From NCBI GenBank assembly GCA_020057295.1, contig JAGVGF010000006.1, positions 179,752-243,751 of the forward strand: a stretch of 64,000 nt of DNA, in the 5' to 3' direction. The position numbers and the translations under genes are program-made. The DNA comes from an archaeon (GTDB lineage Archaea > Nanobdellota > Nanobdellia > Woesearchaeales > UBA9642). Numbering within the stretch: the first letter of the stretch is position 1; each line of letters opens with the position of its first letter. Under the pieces are notes generated by a model, which saw only the letters and a list, made by a program, of their open reading frames with translations, did no database searches and was not told where the DNA came from. Positions 38,620 through 49,000 of this stretch are shown here, in pieces.

Positions 38620-39530
38620 AATCTAAAGGCATAGCATTTAATAATTTATTATTGATACTTTTAGCTATGGCTGCTCTAATATTATTTAGTCTGTTCTTAT
38701 ACAATAAATATGCTGATACAAGAGATATGCTTGCTGTACAGAATTGTAGAAATAGTATTGCAGCACATTCAGTAGTTGCTAAGGGAACATTTAGTCAGAT
38801 TTTTACAGATGTAAAATGTCCTACAAGAGATATAACTTTAGGCAAAAGTCAATTAAAAGATTCTAAAAGAATTATTGCTGAAGATATGCATCGATGCTGG
38901 TATGAGTGGGGTCAGGGCAAAGAACAATTGTTCCAAGGTGATGGAATGTTTTGTCACATCTGTGCCACATACACTTTTGATGAAAAAGGACAAAAAATTG
39001 ATGGATTTATACACTATCTTGCTAGTACACCAATGTATGTCAAATATCCTGGTGATACTCTAGGAATAAAATATTTAGATTATATGAATCCATATCATAC
39101 AGAAAATGCTGAACAAATGATTCAGAAAAGCGATCAGGTTATTACACCGTACGATTATATTAACACTTCAGCACAATACACTACTGTAATAGTCTATGCT
39201 TCAGGAAAAGAACAAATACAGAAATTTCTTGAAGGCGGAACAAGAGCGACTGTCGGCACTATAGGAGGTCTAGCATTAATTGCCGGTTCTGCCGGATCAG
39301 CATATATTGTTGGTAGTCTATTATTACTTAGCAATCCTGGAGGATGGGTAGTATTAGGAACAGTCGCATTATTAACTCTAGGCTATGAAGCAGTAGGCCT
39401 AGCGACTAATGTTAAAAATCCTGAATGGGTTTCATTTATGGTTTTTAGACCATACAATGTCGATGAATTATCAAATCTTGGATGTCAAAAGCTTGAAGCT
39501 AACCAAGTATCACACGCACCAAATAAATAA
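38616..39530 (+). CDS. Prepilin-like protein with internal Gly-rich hydrophobic segment
   Basis: MKSKG|IAFNNLLLILL (ATGA overlap with the upstream stop); IAEDMHRCWYEWGQG, CHIC; GTIGGLALIAG...SNPGGWVVLG. Confidence 0.85.
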   Translation: MKSKGIAFNNLLLILLAMAALILFSLFLYNKYADTRDMLAVQNCRNSIAAHSVVAKGTFSQIFTDVKCPTRDITLGKSQLKDSKRIIAEDMHRCWYEWGQGKEQLFQGDGMFCHICATYTFDEKGQKIDGFIHYLASTPMYVKYPGDTLGIKYLDYMNPYHTENAEQMIQKSDQVITPYDYINTSAQYTTVIVYASGKEQIQKFLEGGTRATVGTIGGLALIAGSAGSAYIVGSLLLLSNPGGWVVLGTVALLTLGYEAVGLATNVKNPEWVSFMVFRPYNVDELSNLGCQKLEANQVSHAPNK

Positions 39531-39627
39531 GATATAATAATAACATCGTAAATATCAATGTTATAAATAATAATAAAAATATATAATGGAAATATTTATA
39601 TTCAATAAGTACTAGGAAATGATTAAA

Positions 39628-39774
39628 ATGATAAAGTTTCATAAGAAGGGAGAAGCAGGAGAGGGTGCTGGATTCGGATTAGGAAATTTTGCGCAAATAG
39701 CACTTCTCGTAGGAATATTTTTAATAATATTAATTATATCGATAGTAATATACAATAAGATAAGCACTCCTTAG
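39628..39774 (+). CDS. 48-aa minimal (Flp-sized) prepilin-like protein (absent from ORF track)
   Basis: MIKFHKKG|EAGEGAGFGLGNFAQIALLVGIFLIILIISIVIYNKISTP; TATA-like TTTATATT at 39595-39602. Confidence 0.75.
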   Translation: MIKFHKKGEAGEGAGFGLGNFAQIALLVGIFLIILIISIVIYNKISTP

Positions 39775-39809
39775 ATTTTAATCGAACTATAAATTTTAAT
39801 GTGATTATT

Positions 39810-40391
39810 ATGAACAAAAAAGGTATAACAGCAATACTCCTTGTGGTTATAGGATTACTTATTTTATTACTAATAATGGTTGGATGGGGTAAATCATTAT
39901 ATGAAGGTATTGTGTCTTGGAGTAATACTTATGAGAAGCCTAAGTTAAATTATGATAATGCGTTCTTATTTAATGCACAGTACGTTAGTATTAATGAAAG
40001 TGCAGATTTTAAAGCTAAATGTTCTGGTGGAACAAATAATCAGTATATATGTACAAAACCTGTAAAAGTATTATTTTATGTGAACATAAAAAATATCGGT
40101 TCTAAGATGCGTGTATTATATCCTAACCCCATAATCGATTCCTGTAAAGGAAGTAATTGTCAAGAATATGTAAGAGTTGGTGGAAGCAGGTCTTGTGCTG
40201 TAACTCCAGGAACAGATATACTATGCGAGGCTGGAGAAAATGAGTTTAATACGGCAGGAACATATAGAATTTATCCTGCAGTATTTTGTAAAATTGACGA
40301 TCCAATCAATGGATGTCAAAAGACAGGGATAAGCAGTCCAATATACTCTTATAATAAGGATAGCTGGATAGAAATCACTATTCAGCCTTAA
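39810..40391 (+). CDS. Prepilin-like protein with Ig-like domain
   Basis: MNKKG|ITAILLVVIGLLILLL; VNIKNIG...YRIYP...WIEITI domain related to 41610 and to the C-terminus of 42368. Confidence 0.82.
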   Translation: MNKKGITAILLVVIGLLILLLIMVGWGKSLYEGIVSWSNTYEKPKLNYDNAFLFNAQYVSINESADFKAKCSGGTNNQYICTKPVKVLFYVNIKNIGSKMRVLYPNPIIDSCKGSNCQEYVRVGGSRSCAVTPGTDILCEAGENEFNTAGTYRIYPAVFCKIDDPINGCQKTGISSPIYSYNKDSWIEITIQP

Positions 40392-40476
40392 TATTGAATA
40401 AAATCATCAAAAAATTTATAAAGAACATATAACAAGATAGAGTATAAATGATTATTTTTATCGCGAGGTGCGTCAT

Positions 40477-40716
40477 ATGAAAAAGCAAGGTGTCGAGTTA
40501 AGTATGAATGTTATTATAATTGCAGCTATAGGATTATTAGTTTTAGTCATATTAGCAGTACTAGTTATAAATTCTGGAGGTAGATTCCAGGGCGGTACAC
40601 AATCATGTTCTGTAAAGGGCGGAGTATGTTCAGCTACATGTTCAAATGGCGAGCTTAGCGGCGGAACATGTGAAGGTAGCAACAGATGTTGTAAGATATT
40701 TACACTGAGTCCTTAA
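40477..40716 (+). CDS. Small pilin-like protein with beta-defensin-like domain (candidate major subunit)
   Basis: MKKQG|VELSMNVIIIAAIGLLVLVIL; C-x6-C-x3-C-x9-C-x5-CC; own TTTATAAA (40415-40422), SD gaggtg, downstream T-tract. Confidence 0.85.
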   Translation: MKKQGVELSMNVIIIAAIGLLVLVILAVLVINSGGRFQGGTQSCSVKGGVCSATCSNGELSGGTCEGSNRCCKIFTLSP

Positions 40717-40734
40717 TTTTTATTTTTTCTTTCT
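40717..40734 (+). terminator. Oligo-T archaeal terminator-like tract
   Basis: T-rich run immediately after the stop of 40477-40716. Confidence 0.4.
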
Positions 40735-40759
40735 ATAAAATTTTAAAGGTTTAAAAAAA

Positions 40760-41011
40760 ATGTTTAAGTCCAACGGTAAAGGTGTCGAGCTAGCGTTTAA
40801 CACAATAATTCTTATCGTTATCGGACTACTTGTTCTATTCGTTATAGGATTTTTTATAATGCGTGGAGGAATGACATTCAATTCTGGAACATCATGTGAA
40901 GGCAATGGCGGAACATGTATACCATTTACTAGCACATGTGGTGAAGATAAACAATTAGCAGCTTGGAGTTGCGGAAGTAGTCAAAGATGTTGCGTTACAA
41001 AAACAATATAA
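40760..41011 (+). CDS. Small pilin-like protein with beta-defensin-like domain; paralog of 40477
   Basis: GKG|VELAFNTIILIVIGLLVLFVI; C-x6-C-x6-C-x10-C-x5-CC. Confidence 0.85.
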   Translation: MFKSNGKGVELAFNTIILIVIGLLVLFVIGFFIMRGGMTFNSGTSCEGNGGTCIPFTSTCGEDKQLAAWSCGSSQRCCVTKTI

Positions 41012-41604
41012 AAAAGAAGGGAATGAGTGATATGGTTCTTGGACTAATTATTAGTCTAGCAGCCATAATACTTCTAGTTATTGTTATAACAAATATATCA
41101 AAGAGTGCTAATAAAAATGTACAATGCGGTGGGTTAATTAGCGGAACATGTGAAAAAACATGTTCTACTGGGAAATTACCAACATTAGATATAGGAGATG
41201 CTTGTGCTAACAGAAAAGACGGGTTAACTACTTGCTGTGCTGGTTTAGATGTTTCTAAGAGTACAACCAGTAATGATAATACTGGTAATGAATTATGTCA
41301 AACTAGAGCAGTTGGTGCTGATTGTAGTACACAACAATATTTTTACAAAGTGTGTAATGCTACAAAACAGTGCGTATACAAGTGTGAATATTGTGCACAA
41401 AATCCTGGTGTAAGTGGATGTGCTGGATTTAAAAGTAATAATGATAAGCTTGTAACATTCAATAGTCAATTTAGTTGTGGATGTAGCAAAGATCAATGCA
41501 CAGAGAAATCTAAGACTGGTAAGTGCTTAATTAATACAGTACCTCAAGGATTCTTTTGCTCTCCAAACTTGTATTGCTGCGAGGTTCCAAATCCTTCAGG
41601 ATAA
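40987..41604 (+). CDS. Prepilin-like Cys-rich protein with defensin-like motif
   Basis: KKKG|MSDMVLGLIISLAAIILL; C-x7-C-x3-C-x13-C-x9-CC; CEYCAQNP. Confidence 0.82.
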   Translation: MLRYKNNIKKKGMSDMVLGLIISLAAIILLVIVITNISKSANKNVQCGGLISGTCEKTCSTGKLPTLDIGDACANRKDGLTTCCAGLDVSKSTTSNDNTGNELCQTRAVGADCSTQQYFYKVCNATKQCVYKCEYCAQNPGVSGCAGFKSNNDKLVTFNSQFSCGCSKDQCTEKSKTGKCLINTVPQGFFCSPNLYCCEVPNPSG

Positions 41605-41609
41605 ATTTT

Positions 41610-42362
41610 ATGAAAAAATATAATAATCGTGGAGAAGTGAATTGGGTTTTGGTACTAATAGTTGGTCTTATAGCTGTATTAATAATTGTTTTAATAATTA
41701 GATCATGGGGTAAGAGTGCGGATAATAATTTCAAGACATTATCTAACTGCGGATCATTAACGGGCGGAATGGGATTCTGTAGAGTTGAATGTAAGGAGGG
41801 CGAATTAAAGTATCAAAACTTTGGCGGATGTCCTCCTAAAGATGATTCTGGAGCAACATTCTGCTGTATCAATCCTGATAAGAGTGTAAGTTCTGTTCTA
41901 CCAGAAGAATTTGGAGGCAGTGATACGTATAATTTTAAGATAAAATATATTGGATTCCTATATAATGCAAGTGAAGCTATGCCTACAAATTGTCATTTGA
42001 TTTCTGGAAGTACTGTTAAGATGCAATGCACAAAAGGAATAGGAATAACTTTACCCATACAGATAAATATACAGAATGTTGGTACACAACCGTTAGATGT
42101 ATACGGTCTTCCAATGGTCACAATTAATGATAATTACAATACTATGACTACTCCTGCTAACGGTAATACTTTAACAAAATTAGCAGTAGGAGGGGCTGAA
42201 AGTAGTGTAGCTAAAATTGTTATTGAACCTTCTAAGGCTAACGGGTTTTATAGAATTTATGGATATGCAAAATGTGAAACCCAAGAATGTAAAAATACCA
42301 ATCCTAAAGGAGTATTAAGAAAATATGATGATAATGCATATATCGAAGTCACATTCACATAA
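41610..42362 (+). CDS. Prepilin-like protein with defensin-like motif and Ig-like domain
   Basis: MKKYNNRG|EVNWVLVLIVGLIAV; C-x9-C-x3-C-x12-C-x10-CC; start set to ATG 41610. Confidence 0.82.
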   Translation: MKKYNNRGEVNWVLVLIVGLIAVLIIVLIIRSWGKSADNNFKTLSNCGSLTGGMGFCRVECKEGELKYQNFGGCPPKDDSGATFCCINPDKSVSSVLPEEFGGSDTYNFKIKYIGFLYNASEAMPTNCHLISGSTVKMQCTKGIGITLPIQINIQNVGTQPLDVYGLPMVTINDNYNTMTTPANGNTLTKLAVGGAESSVAKIVIEPSKANGFYRIYGYAKCETQECKNTNPKGVLRKYDDNAYIEVTFT

Positions 42363-42367
42363 ATCTT

Positions 42368-43933
42368 ATGGTTTCATTAAATAATTCTAGGAAAGGGAAC
42401 TTAGTATTACAATTTGTAGTTTTATTGATAATAACTTTAATAATGATTTTTGTGATTTCAGCTTTTGGAGTAAAGATATTTGAAGGATTCTTCCCAAGTA
42501 CTGATTCTTCAACAACTAAAAGTTTCACAGCACTATATACAGCTATGAATACTAAATCGTTAAGCACTAAAAATTATGATTCGGTAAAATTAGGAACATA
42601 TATTGCAAAGGATCACGGAATATATTTCTTTGATAACAGTGCAACAGGATGTATAAGAGGGATAGTTAAAATATCTAGACCTACAGCATGTGATGGAAAA
42701 GCGAGCTGTTTGTGTTTACTTAAAGGACCTATAGAACATAGCGGAACGCCTGCAGATACTGATAAATATGTTAAAGTATGTAAAGATTTTAATCAAACAT
42801 TCTCGATAAATCAAGATACTTTGAGTTTGTACAATTCTGGATGTGGTACATCTACAACTAATCAGTTCTATAATATTATAATTGCGCATACTGGCGAAAA
42901 AACAATGGTTATAATGGAAAGTAATGAGTCCAGTCGTAAATATGACGATGAAATGAAAAAATTAACATGCCCTACGATAGCGGATAGTGTATCGCCTTCG
43001 TATATATGTTCTGGAAAGAAAGATGGAGAAATACTCACAGGTAAAGAAGTGTTTGATGCATGTAGTGAATACAACAAGACATGGAATGTATTTGTTGCAG
43101 AATGTAAATATGATACTAATAAATATCCTAAACGTTGTGAATTAAATTGTGAAAAGTGGAAATTTGATTGTGAAACAATGATACCAAATTCCGACACTGG
43201 ATGTGACGCATATAATCAAGGAGGCATAGTAAGAGTTAATGATCAAGATTATAAATATCTTCTGGAAGGAAATTTAAACACTGATAAAAGTTATGGTGAA
43301 ACAAGTAACTATTTCGCATGTAATTTAGACTTGGAAGCATGTCAAATCAGTAAAAATGGAAATGGTTGTGAGGCAAAAACGGCCGCAGATATACCTTCTG
43401 TAGGAACAGGACAATCGTATATGAAATGTTATGAGAAAGGGCAATCATTTGACGGTAAAGCTGATGCTAGAAAAGCTGTAAATATTCAGAAAATACAATT
43501 ATCTGGAAATTCTATTAAAGACGGTTCTTGTAAAAAAATTAATTCTAGCGAATCTGTAATTATAACAAAGAAAAATTCTGATGTTTTTACAAACTATAAC
43601 GTTTACAAATGTAAGCCTGGATCTGAAGTATCTTTTGAAACAGTCGTAGAAAATAAAGCAACATATCCTATGAAACTCAGAGCTTTTACTAAACTTGTAC
43701 AACTGGATGATAGTGTTCCTGCAGTGAGAATGCCAGCAAGTTCTTTGGGAGAAGTCACAGATGCAGAGATTGGACAAACTACAATATTACCATCAACTAT
43801 TACTCTAACAGCGGATTTAGGATGGTATTATTCCATTACACCTTCAGTAATAATAGATGGAGAAACAACTCCTATAGATTCTTTATCTAGTACACTAGAC
43901 ACTAGATTTTATATAGAGATTAATGACAAGTAG
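42368..43933 (+). CDS. Prepilin-like protein, Cys-rich, with C-terminal Ig-like domain
   Basis: SRKG|NLVLQFVVLLIITLIMIF; CLC motif; ends FYIEIND. Confidence 0.82.
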   Translation: MVSLNNSRKGNLVLQFVVLLIITLIMIFVISAFGVKIFEGFFPSTDSSTTKSFTALYTAMNTKSLSTKNYDSVKLGTYIAKDHGIYFFDNSATGCIRGIVKISRPTACDGKASCLCLLKGPIEHSGTPADTDKYVKVCKDFNQTFSINQDTLSLYNSGCGTSTTNQFYNIIIAHTGEKTMVIMESNESSRKYDDEMKKLTCPTIADSVSPSYICSGKKDGEILTGKEVFDACSEYNKTWNVFVAECKYDTNKYPKRCELNCEKWKFDCETMIPNSDTGCDAYNQGGIVRVNDQDYKYLLEGNLNTDKSYGETSNYFACNLDLEACQISKNGNGCEAKTAADIPSVGTGQSYMKCYEKGQSFDGKADARKAVNIQKIQLSGNSIKDGSCKKINSSESVIITKKNSDVFTNYNVYKCKPGSEVSFETVVENKATYPMKLRAFTKLVQLDDSVPAVRMPASSLGEVTDAEIGQTTILPSTITLTADLGWYYSITPSVIIDGETTPIDSLSSTLDTRFYIEINDK

Positions 43934-43987
43934 CATCCACTATTAAAATCGATACCTATTTAAACTTTCATTCTATATTTATAGTGT

Positions 43988-44902
43988 ATGTTTAGACGTC
44001 TGGGAAAGAAGGGTGATGAGAGTAAATTAATGTTTCTCATGTGGGAAGTTATTGTGTTAGCAATAGTTGTTATTGCATTGATTGTGGCGGTGAGAAGTGT
44101 TGCTAATAATAGTAGTTTCTGGAAGAAGTATTATTCTTATGACCTTGCAATGATTACTGAATTGGAGCATACTAATCAGGGCGATTTTATTATTAATTAC
44201 AAACTTAAAGAATATACAGGCATAGCTAAAAGTTTAGGTTTAGTTAGTGATCAATCATATGATATTTCTTTACTTAAAGGTGTTGTGGAAGTTTATCAAA
44301 GTCCCAAAGATGATGACAAGTTCCCGACTAAATTCTTATACGGCATATCAAAAGATATTAATGTTATTGAAAGCACGATAGTATCTAACTTTTTTACTAT
44401 TTCTAAGATAGGTAATGAATTACGTTTTAAAGAATCTTATGGACGTGATAAGGATGTTTGTCCATCCATATCTACTAGTGCTAACATCAGTGAATTAAAG
44501 TTTACAATATTATCTACAAATCCTAAAGTCGATTCTTACTCTACATATCTTGATGGTTTACTAAAGAATTATGGTGTTGGTAGTAATCATAGTGATGAAT
44601 TACTAATAGTTTTCATATATACTAATACCACAAATACTACCATATACTATTCAGACAAACAAATCTCTAAAGCAAGTAAGCTTGGATGTATATTACGTAA
44701 AAATTTGATTGCGACATATTCTGATAAAGATATAACATTATTAAAATACGACGGATTATTAGATGGAGTGCAAGAATTTTCTACAAACAGACAAACAAAT
44801 AATTATTTTATAATTATAGCATTATCCGATACTGATTTTAGTGTAAGTAATACAGACTTTGATAGCATAGTTAAAGAAACTATAAAAAATTATTATAGTT
44901 AA
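43988..44902 (+). CDS. Prepilin-like protein; C-terminus possibly a degenerate Amidase_3-like fold
   Basis: GKKG|DESKLMFLMWEVIVLAIVV; C-terminal TIYYS...ASKLGCILRKNL...IKNYY pattern. Confidence 0.75.
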   Translation: MFRRLGKKGDESKLMFLMWEVIVLAIVVIALIVAVRSVANNSSFWKKYYSYDLAMITELEHTNQGDFIINYKLKEYTGIAKSLGLVSDQSYDISLLKGVVEVYQSPKDDDKFPTKFLYGISKDINVIESTIVSNFFTISKIGNELRFKESYGRDKDVCPSISTSANISELKFTILSTNPKVDSYSTYLDGLLKNYGVGSNHSDELLIVFIYTNTTNTTIYYSDKQISKASKLGCILRKNLIATYSDKDITLLKYDGLLDGVQEFSTNRQTNNYFIIIALSDTDFSVSNTDFDSIVKETIKNYYS

Positions 44903-44917
44903 AAAAATTAATTAAAA

Positions 44918-45454
44918 ATGATTAAAATAAGAAATAGAAATAACCGTGGACAAGTACAATTCTTTTTAGAGAATGTATTTAGATTAGGATTCTTAATGAT
45001 AGCATTATTAGCTTTTTTTCTATTAGTTAATTTTTATGTTGTTAATAAAATAGATACAACACAATTGGAAGCAGAAACTGTTGCTAATAGAATAATATAT
45101 TCTAATATTATAATGCACAACGATATAAATACTGGAAGAGTATATGTAGGAATAGTCGATAAACAGAAAGTTGACGATTCTAGAATTTTTAATCAAATAA
45201 ATTATTTGAATGAGAGGCATGTAGCTGTAAAGATTAAATTACTAAATAACACTCCAAAAAACGATTTTGTTAAGGAAGCGTACATCAATAAAGCACAGTT
45301 TGAACGTTTAAAGGTGATTATTGATGCAAATCTTGGAGGCAGCGGCAAGGGCGGTGCCACGATGTTTATCAAAAAATATCCTGTTACAATAAAAGATTAT
45401 AATACATATTCATACGGGACACTTGTTTTGGAGATAATAGTTCCAAACAGTTAA
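44918..45454 (+). CDS. Prepilin-like protein
   Basis: NNRG|QVQFFLENVFRLGFLMIALLAFFLLV. Confidence 0.82.
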   Translation: MIKIRNRNNRGQVQFFLENVFRLGFLMIALLAFFLLVNFYVVNKIDTTQLEAETVANRIIYSNIIMHNDINTGRVYVGIVDKQKVDDSRIFNQINYLNERHVAVKIKLLNNTPKNDFVKEAYINKAQFERLKVIIDANLGGSGKGGATMFIKKYPVTIKDYNTYSYGTLVLEIIVPNS

Positions 45455-45501
45455 AATTATGATGAAACAAGGATTTAGAAAATAGTTATTAAACAAATAA
45501 A

Positions 45502-46044
45502 ATGCGCAAAAAAAATAAATTATTAAAAAATAAGAAAGGTCAAGAAATGCTGATAGATTTCTGGACAATAATAATATTTACAGGAATAGTTATAATATTC
45601 TTGGTATTATTCTACATATCTAAAGGAGATGTTGGAAATACTGCTAAAGATGAGTTTAAATCTAAAGATGTAAATATAATATTAACATCATTTTTGCGCT
45701 CGCCAGCATATTTCGATTATAGTAAGACCGCTGCCGAAGTAATTTCAGAAGATAGTTATAGTAAAGATTTTACACGCACACAATCAATAGTACAAAAATT
45801 ATTCGTCGGGGTAGACACATATAATAACAAGAAAGTGAAGGATATAATTTTATGTGTAAAGAAAGATTCAAGTAAATTAGTAGAGTATTCTATAAAATAT
45901 GATAACAATAATTATGTAGTAAGCACCAAAAGTGGTGGAGAATGTGAATCTAGCTTACAATATACTTATGCTGAAGAAAACATTCCTAGACATGATACTA
46001 ATTCATTATATATTAAATTAGGAGTATTGACAGTTGACAAATAA
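45502..46044 (+). CDS. Prepilin-like protein
   Basis: NKKG|QEMLIDFWTIIIFTGIVIIFLVLF. Confidence 0.82.
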   Translation: MRKKNKLLKNKKGQEMLIDFWTIIIFTGIVIIFLVLFYISKGDVGNTAKDEFKSKDVNIILTSFLRSPAYFDYSKTAAEVISEDSYSKDFTRTQSIVQKLFVGVDTYNNKKVKDIILCVKKDSSKLVEYSIKYDNNNYVVSTKSGGECESSLQYTYAEENIPRHDTNSLYIKLGVLTVDK

Positions 46045-46051
46045 TTCAAAA

Positions 46052-49000
46052 ATGTTTAATAACAAGAGAGGACAATTGTTTGTGGTAGTTGTAGCTATAG
46101 CTGTAACTCTTGCTATAGCATCATCATATTTCATACTACAATATGTAGTGTATGCACATATTTCTGAAGACGTAACCCTAGGAACATATCAATCAGGAAT
46201 GGTTGATACATTAAATGATGCTGATAAAGTATTAGTATATAATGACTTATTGGCTAAATATTCATCATATGATGCATTACGCAAATTCATGGATAATGGA
46301 GGAGTATACAATAAAATAGTAAATGATGATTCTGGATCAGATACGACTGTAACATGTGGACGTTATATCTATAATTTATGGAATGATGCTAATAAGAATT
46401 GTTATCCTGAATATACTAAAACTTATCAAAAATATTTAGATGATAGCTTGAGAAGTAGAGTTTCTAATGTAAATAGTATTCCTAAGTACTATCCTTTTAC
46501 AATATTCAAGGCTTTAGATTATAATTATGAATATTACTCAAATAATAAATCCATATTCGCTGTTGCTAATGATCCATTAACGCTTTACGTTTTCAAAAAT
46601 ACAGCAACTAAGAACAATATAGGATTGCAATCTTATGTTGCTTTAAAAAGTGCTGCATCATTAAAAGATGGAGATATCACAGGAGTACCTTTTGACAGCG
46701 CTGTTCCAAGCAATTATCTTGCTGCTAATAATCGTAAAATAGATTCTATTGTTATACATTATACTGCTGGTGAAAGCATTAGCAGTGCAATGAGTAGGTT
46801 TAAACAAGAAAATCAAGCTAGTGCACATTATATTATCGGCGGAGCTAAAGATAATTATGCTGTTGAACAAGTAGTTTTAGACAAGGACGTTGCATATCAT
46901 GCAGGATGTATTAATAGTCAAATTACAAATATATGTGCATACAAAGATCCTGTGAATTCCAAAGGAGCATTCTGTAAGGATACTACATATGGTAACATTA
47001 ATTCTAGATCTATAGGTATAGAAATTGTTAATTTAGGATTTGATTGCGGTGCAACAGGTAAAGAGTATTGTAGAGCCGATTCTTTACAAACTAACATTAA
47101 TGGTTTAAAGTATTGGCAAAAATATCCTGATCAACAAATGGATAAAATCGTAGCGCTTTCGGCAATACTTGTTAAAAAGTATGGTGTTAGTAAAGATAAT
47201 ATTATCGGGCATGATCAAATAACTGCATGTAAAAGTGATCCTGGGCCAGCATTTGACTGGACTAATTTTAAAAGTAAACTTGATGAAGCATTAAAGCTTG
47301 ATATCAATCAATTAGAAACAGTGGTGGTTAGCGGTAATACTTTCAATGGATGTCCTAAAACGTCTAATACTGATTGGAAAATTGGTAATTTAATGGTTTC
47401 TAAAGACAGTTTAAATGCCGATGATACTTTAACAGTCACTTTGACAATAATCAACACTGGAGATAACTGTGTTAATGTTCAACCTAAAATATATTTTACT
47501 TCACGACAGACAACGCTTCTTAATGGCCAACCGTTTACTCCTAATTTTCCATCATCAGCCATATTCAAGAAGAGCGATGCTAAACCTTATATTAATATTG
47601 AATTAAAATGTAAATTTACTACAGATGTTAATATTGCTAATAGTGAGCAAGCTAATGGTAACTGTGTATTGTTAGCACCTCCTGCAAATGCTAATGTTCC
47701 CTTTTCTTATACAGTTTATGCAAAAGCTTCTGAAGAAAACGGTCTTAATGAAAAAACTGGATTGAATATGGAAAAACCTTTAACTGTTTATAAGCCTAAA
47801 GGGACAACTTCTGGTAGCGGTAATGGTCAAGGAATAACAGTTTCTAATGATTTATCTCCTACTGAAAAAAATCGTGTTGATCAAACTAGACAAAATCTTG
47901 AGAAATTAAATATTATAGGATATATTGGAGAAGTTGCTGATAAATATCAGATACCTAAAGAATTATTAATGGGAAAAATAACTCAAGAATCAAGTGGTAT
48001 TAATTATAAAATAAAAATTGATTCTGATCCAAAAAAATCTAATTATGCTGTTGGTATTTCACAAATTGAAGGATGGCAACATTATAATTTAATTAAAGAC
48101 ACATGTGGCGCAGAATATGTTACTGAATGTGCAGCATGTACGAGTTGTGACCTTAACGGCAAAGGAACTACGTGTAGAAATGATTTGAAAAATTGTTGTA
48201 AATTTGAAAAGTTTGGTAACGATCCTAAATGTCAAATTGATGTTGGTGCAAGATTATTAAAACAGGAATATGATAGATATGTCTATAATTATGAAGCATA
48301 TAAGAATAATGTAATGAATAGTTGTAAGGATCCTATATATCAACAAAAATATTTAGCTTATACTGGATGGGAACGTGCATTAAGAGCATATAATGGTTTT
48401 GGATGTGACCCTAAAGCAAGAAATGATCTTTATGTGGATTTAGTTTCGAAATGGGCTAGCGGTTGGGGATATACTGGAACATATCAAAATATTGTAAAAG
48501 CAGAAGTAGAAACTGGCATACTTGGAACATATGATATTAAACCTTCATATACGACAAGTGTCGGATTTGATTTTAAGATACTAGATAAATTAACAGAATT
48601 TGCTCAAAAAACAACTAAGGAGTGTGGTGGTGCTGATTCTAAGGATTTATGTGTACAAGATAATATTCAATTATTTAACACAGAAAATATACCTATTTTT
48701 GCTAAAAATAATGAACATATTAATCTAACAACTAATTGTGAAGATGATTATATCACCAAAATACTTATGGGGACAGTCAGAGAAATTGATGATTGCGTGA
48801 ACAGTAATGAAACCGAATGTCAATGTGTAATTAATTCTCCAGAAGATATTAACATAAATCTTAGAGGAAGTGTTGAAGGAACAACTTTAACGTATAATGG
48901 CAATGATAAACAGCGGAATGTATATAGTGATAGAATAATTTATTCTAATGGTGGATTGATTAATAAAACTGTTTCATTAAAAGATGTAACAATATCTAAA

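Noticed and set aside
34412-46044. Archaellum (arl/fla) operon
   Set aside because: No archaellin-type N-terminal consensus and no ArlH/I/J; the heads are Cys-rich and heterogeneous.
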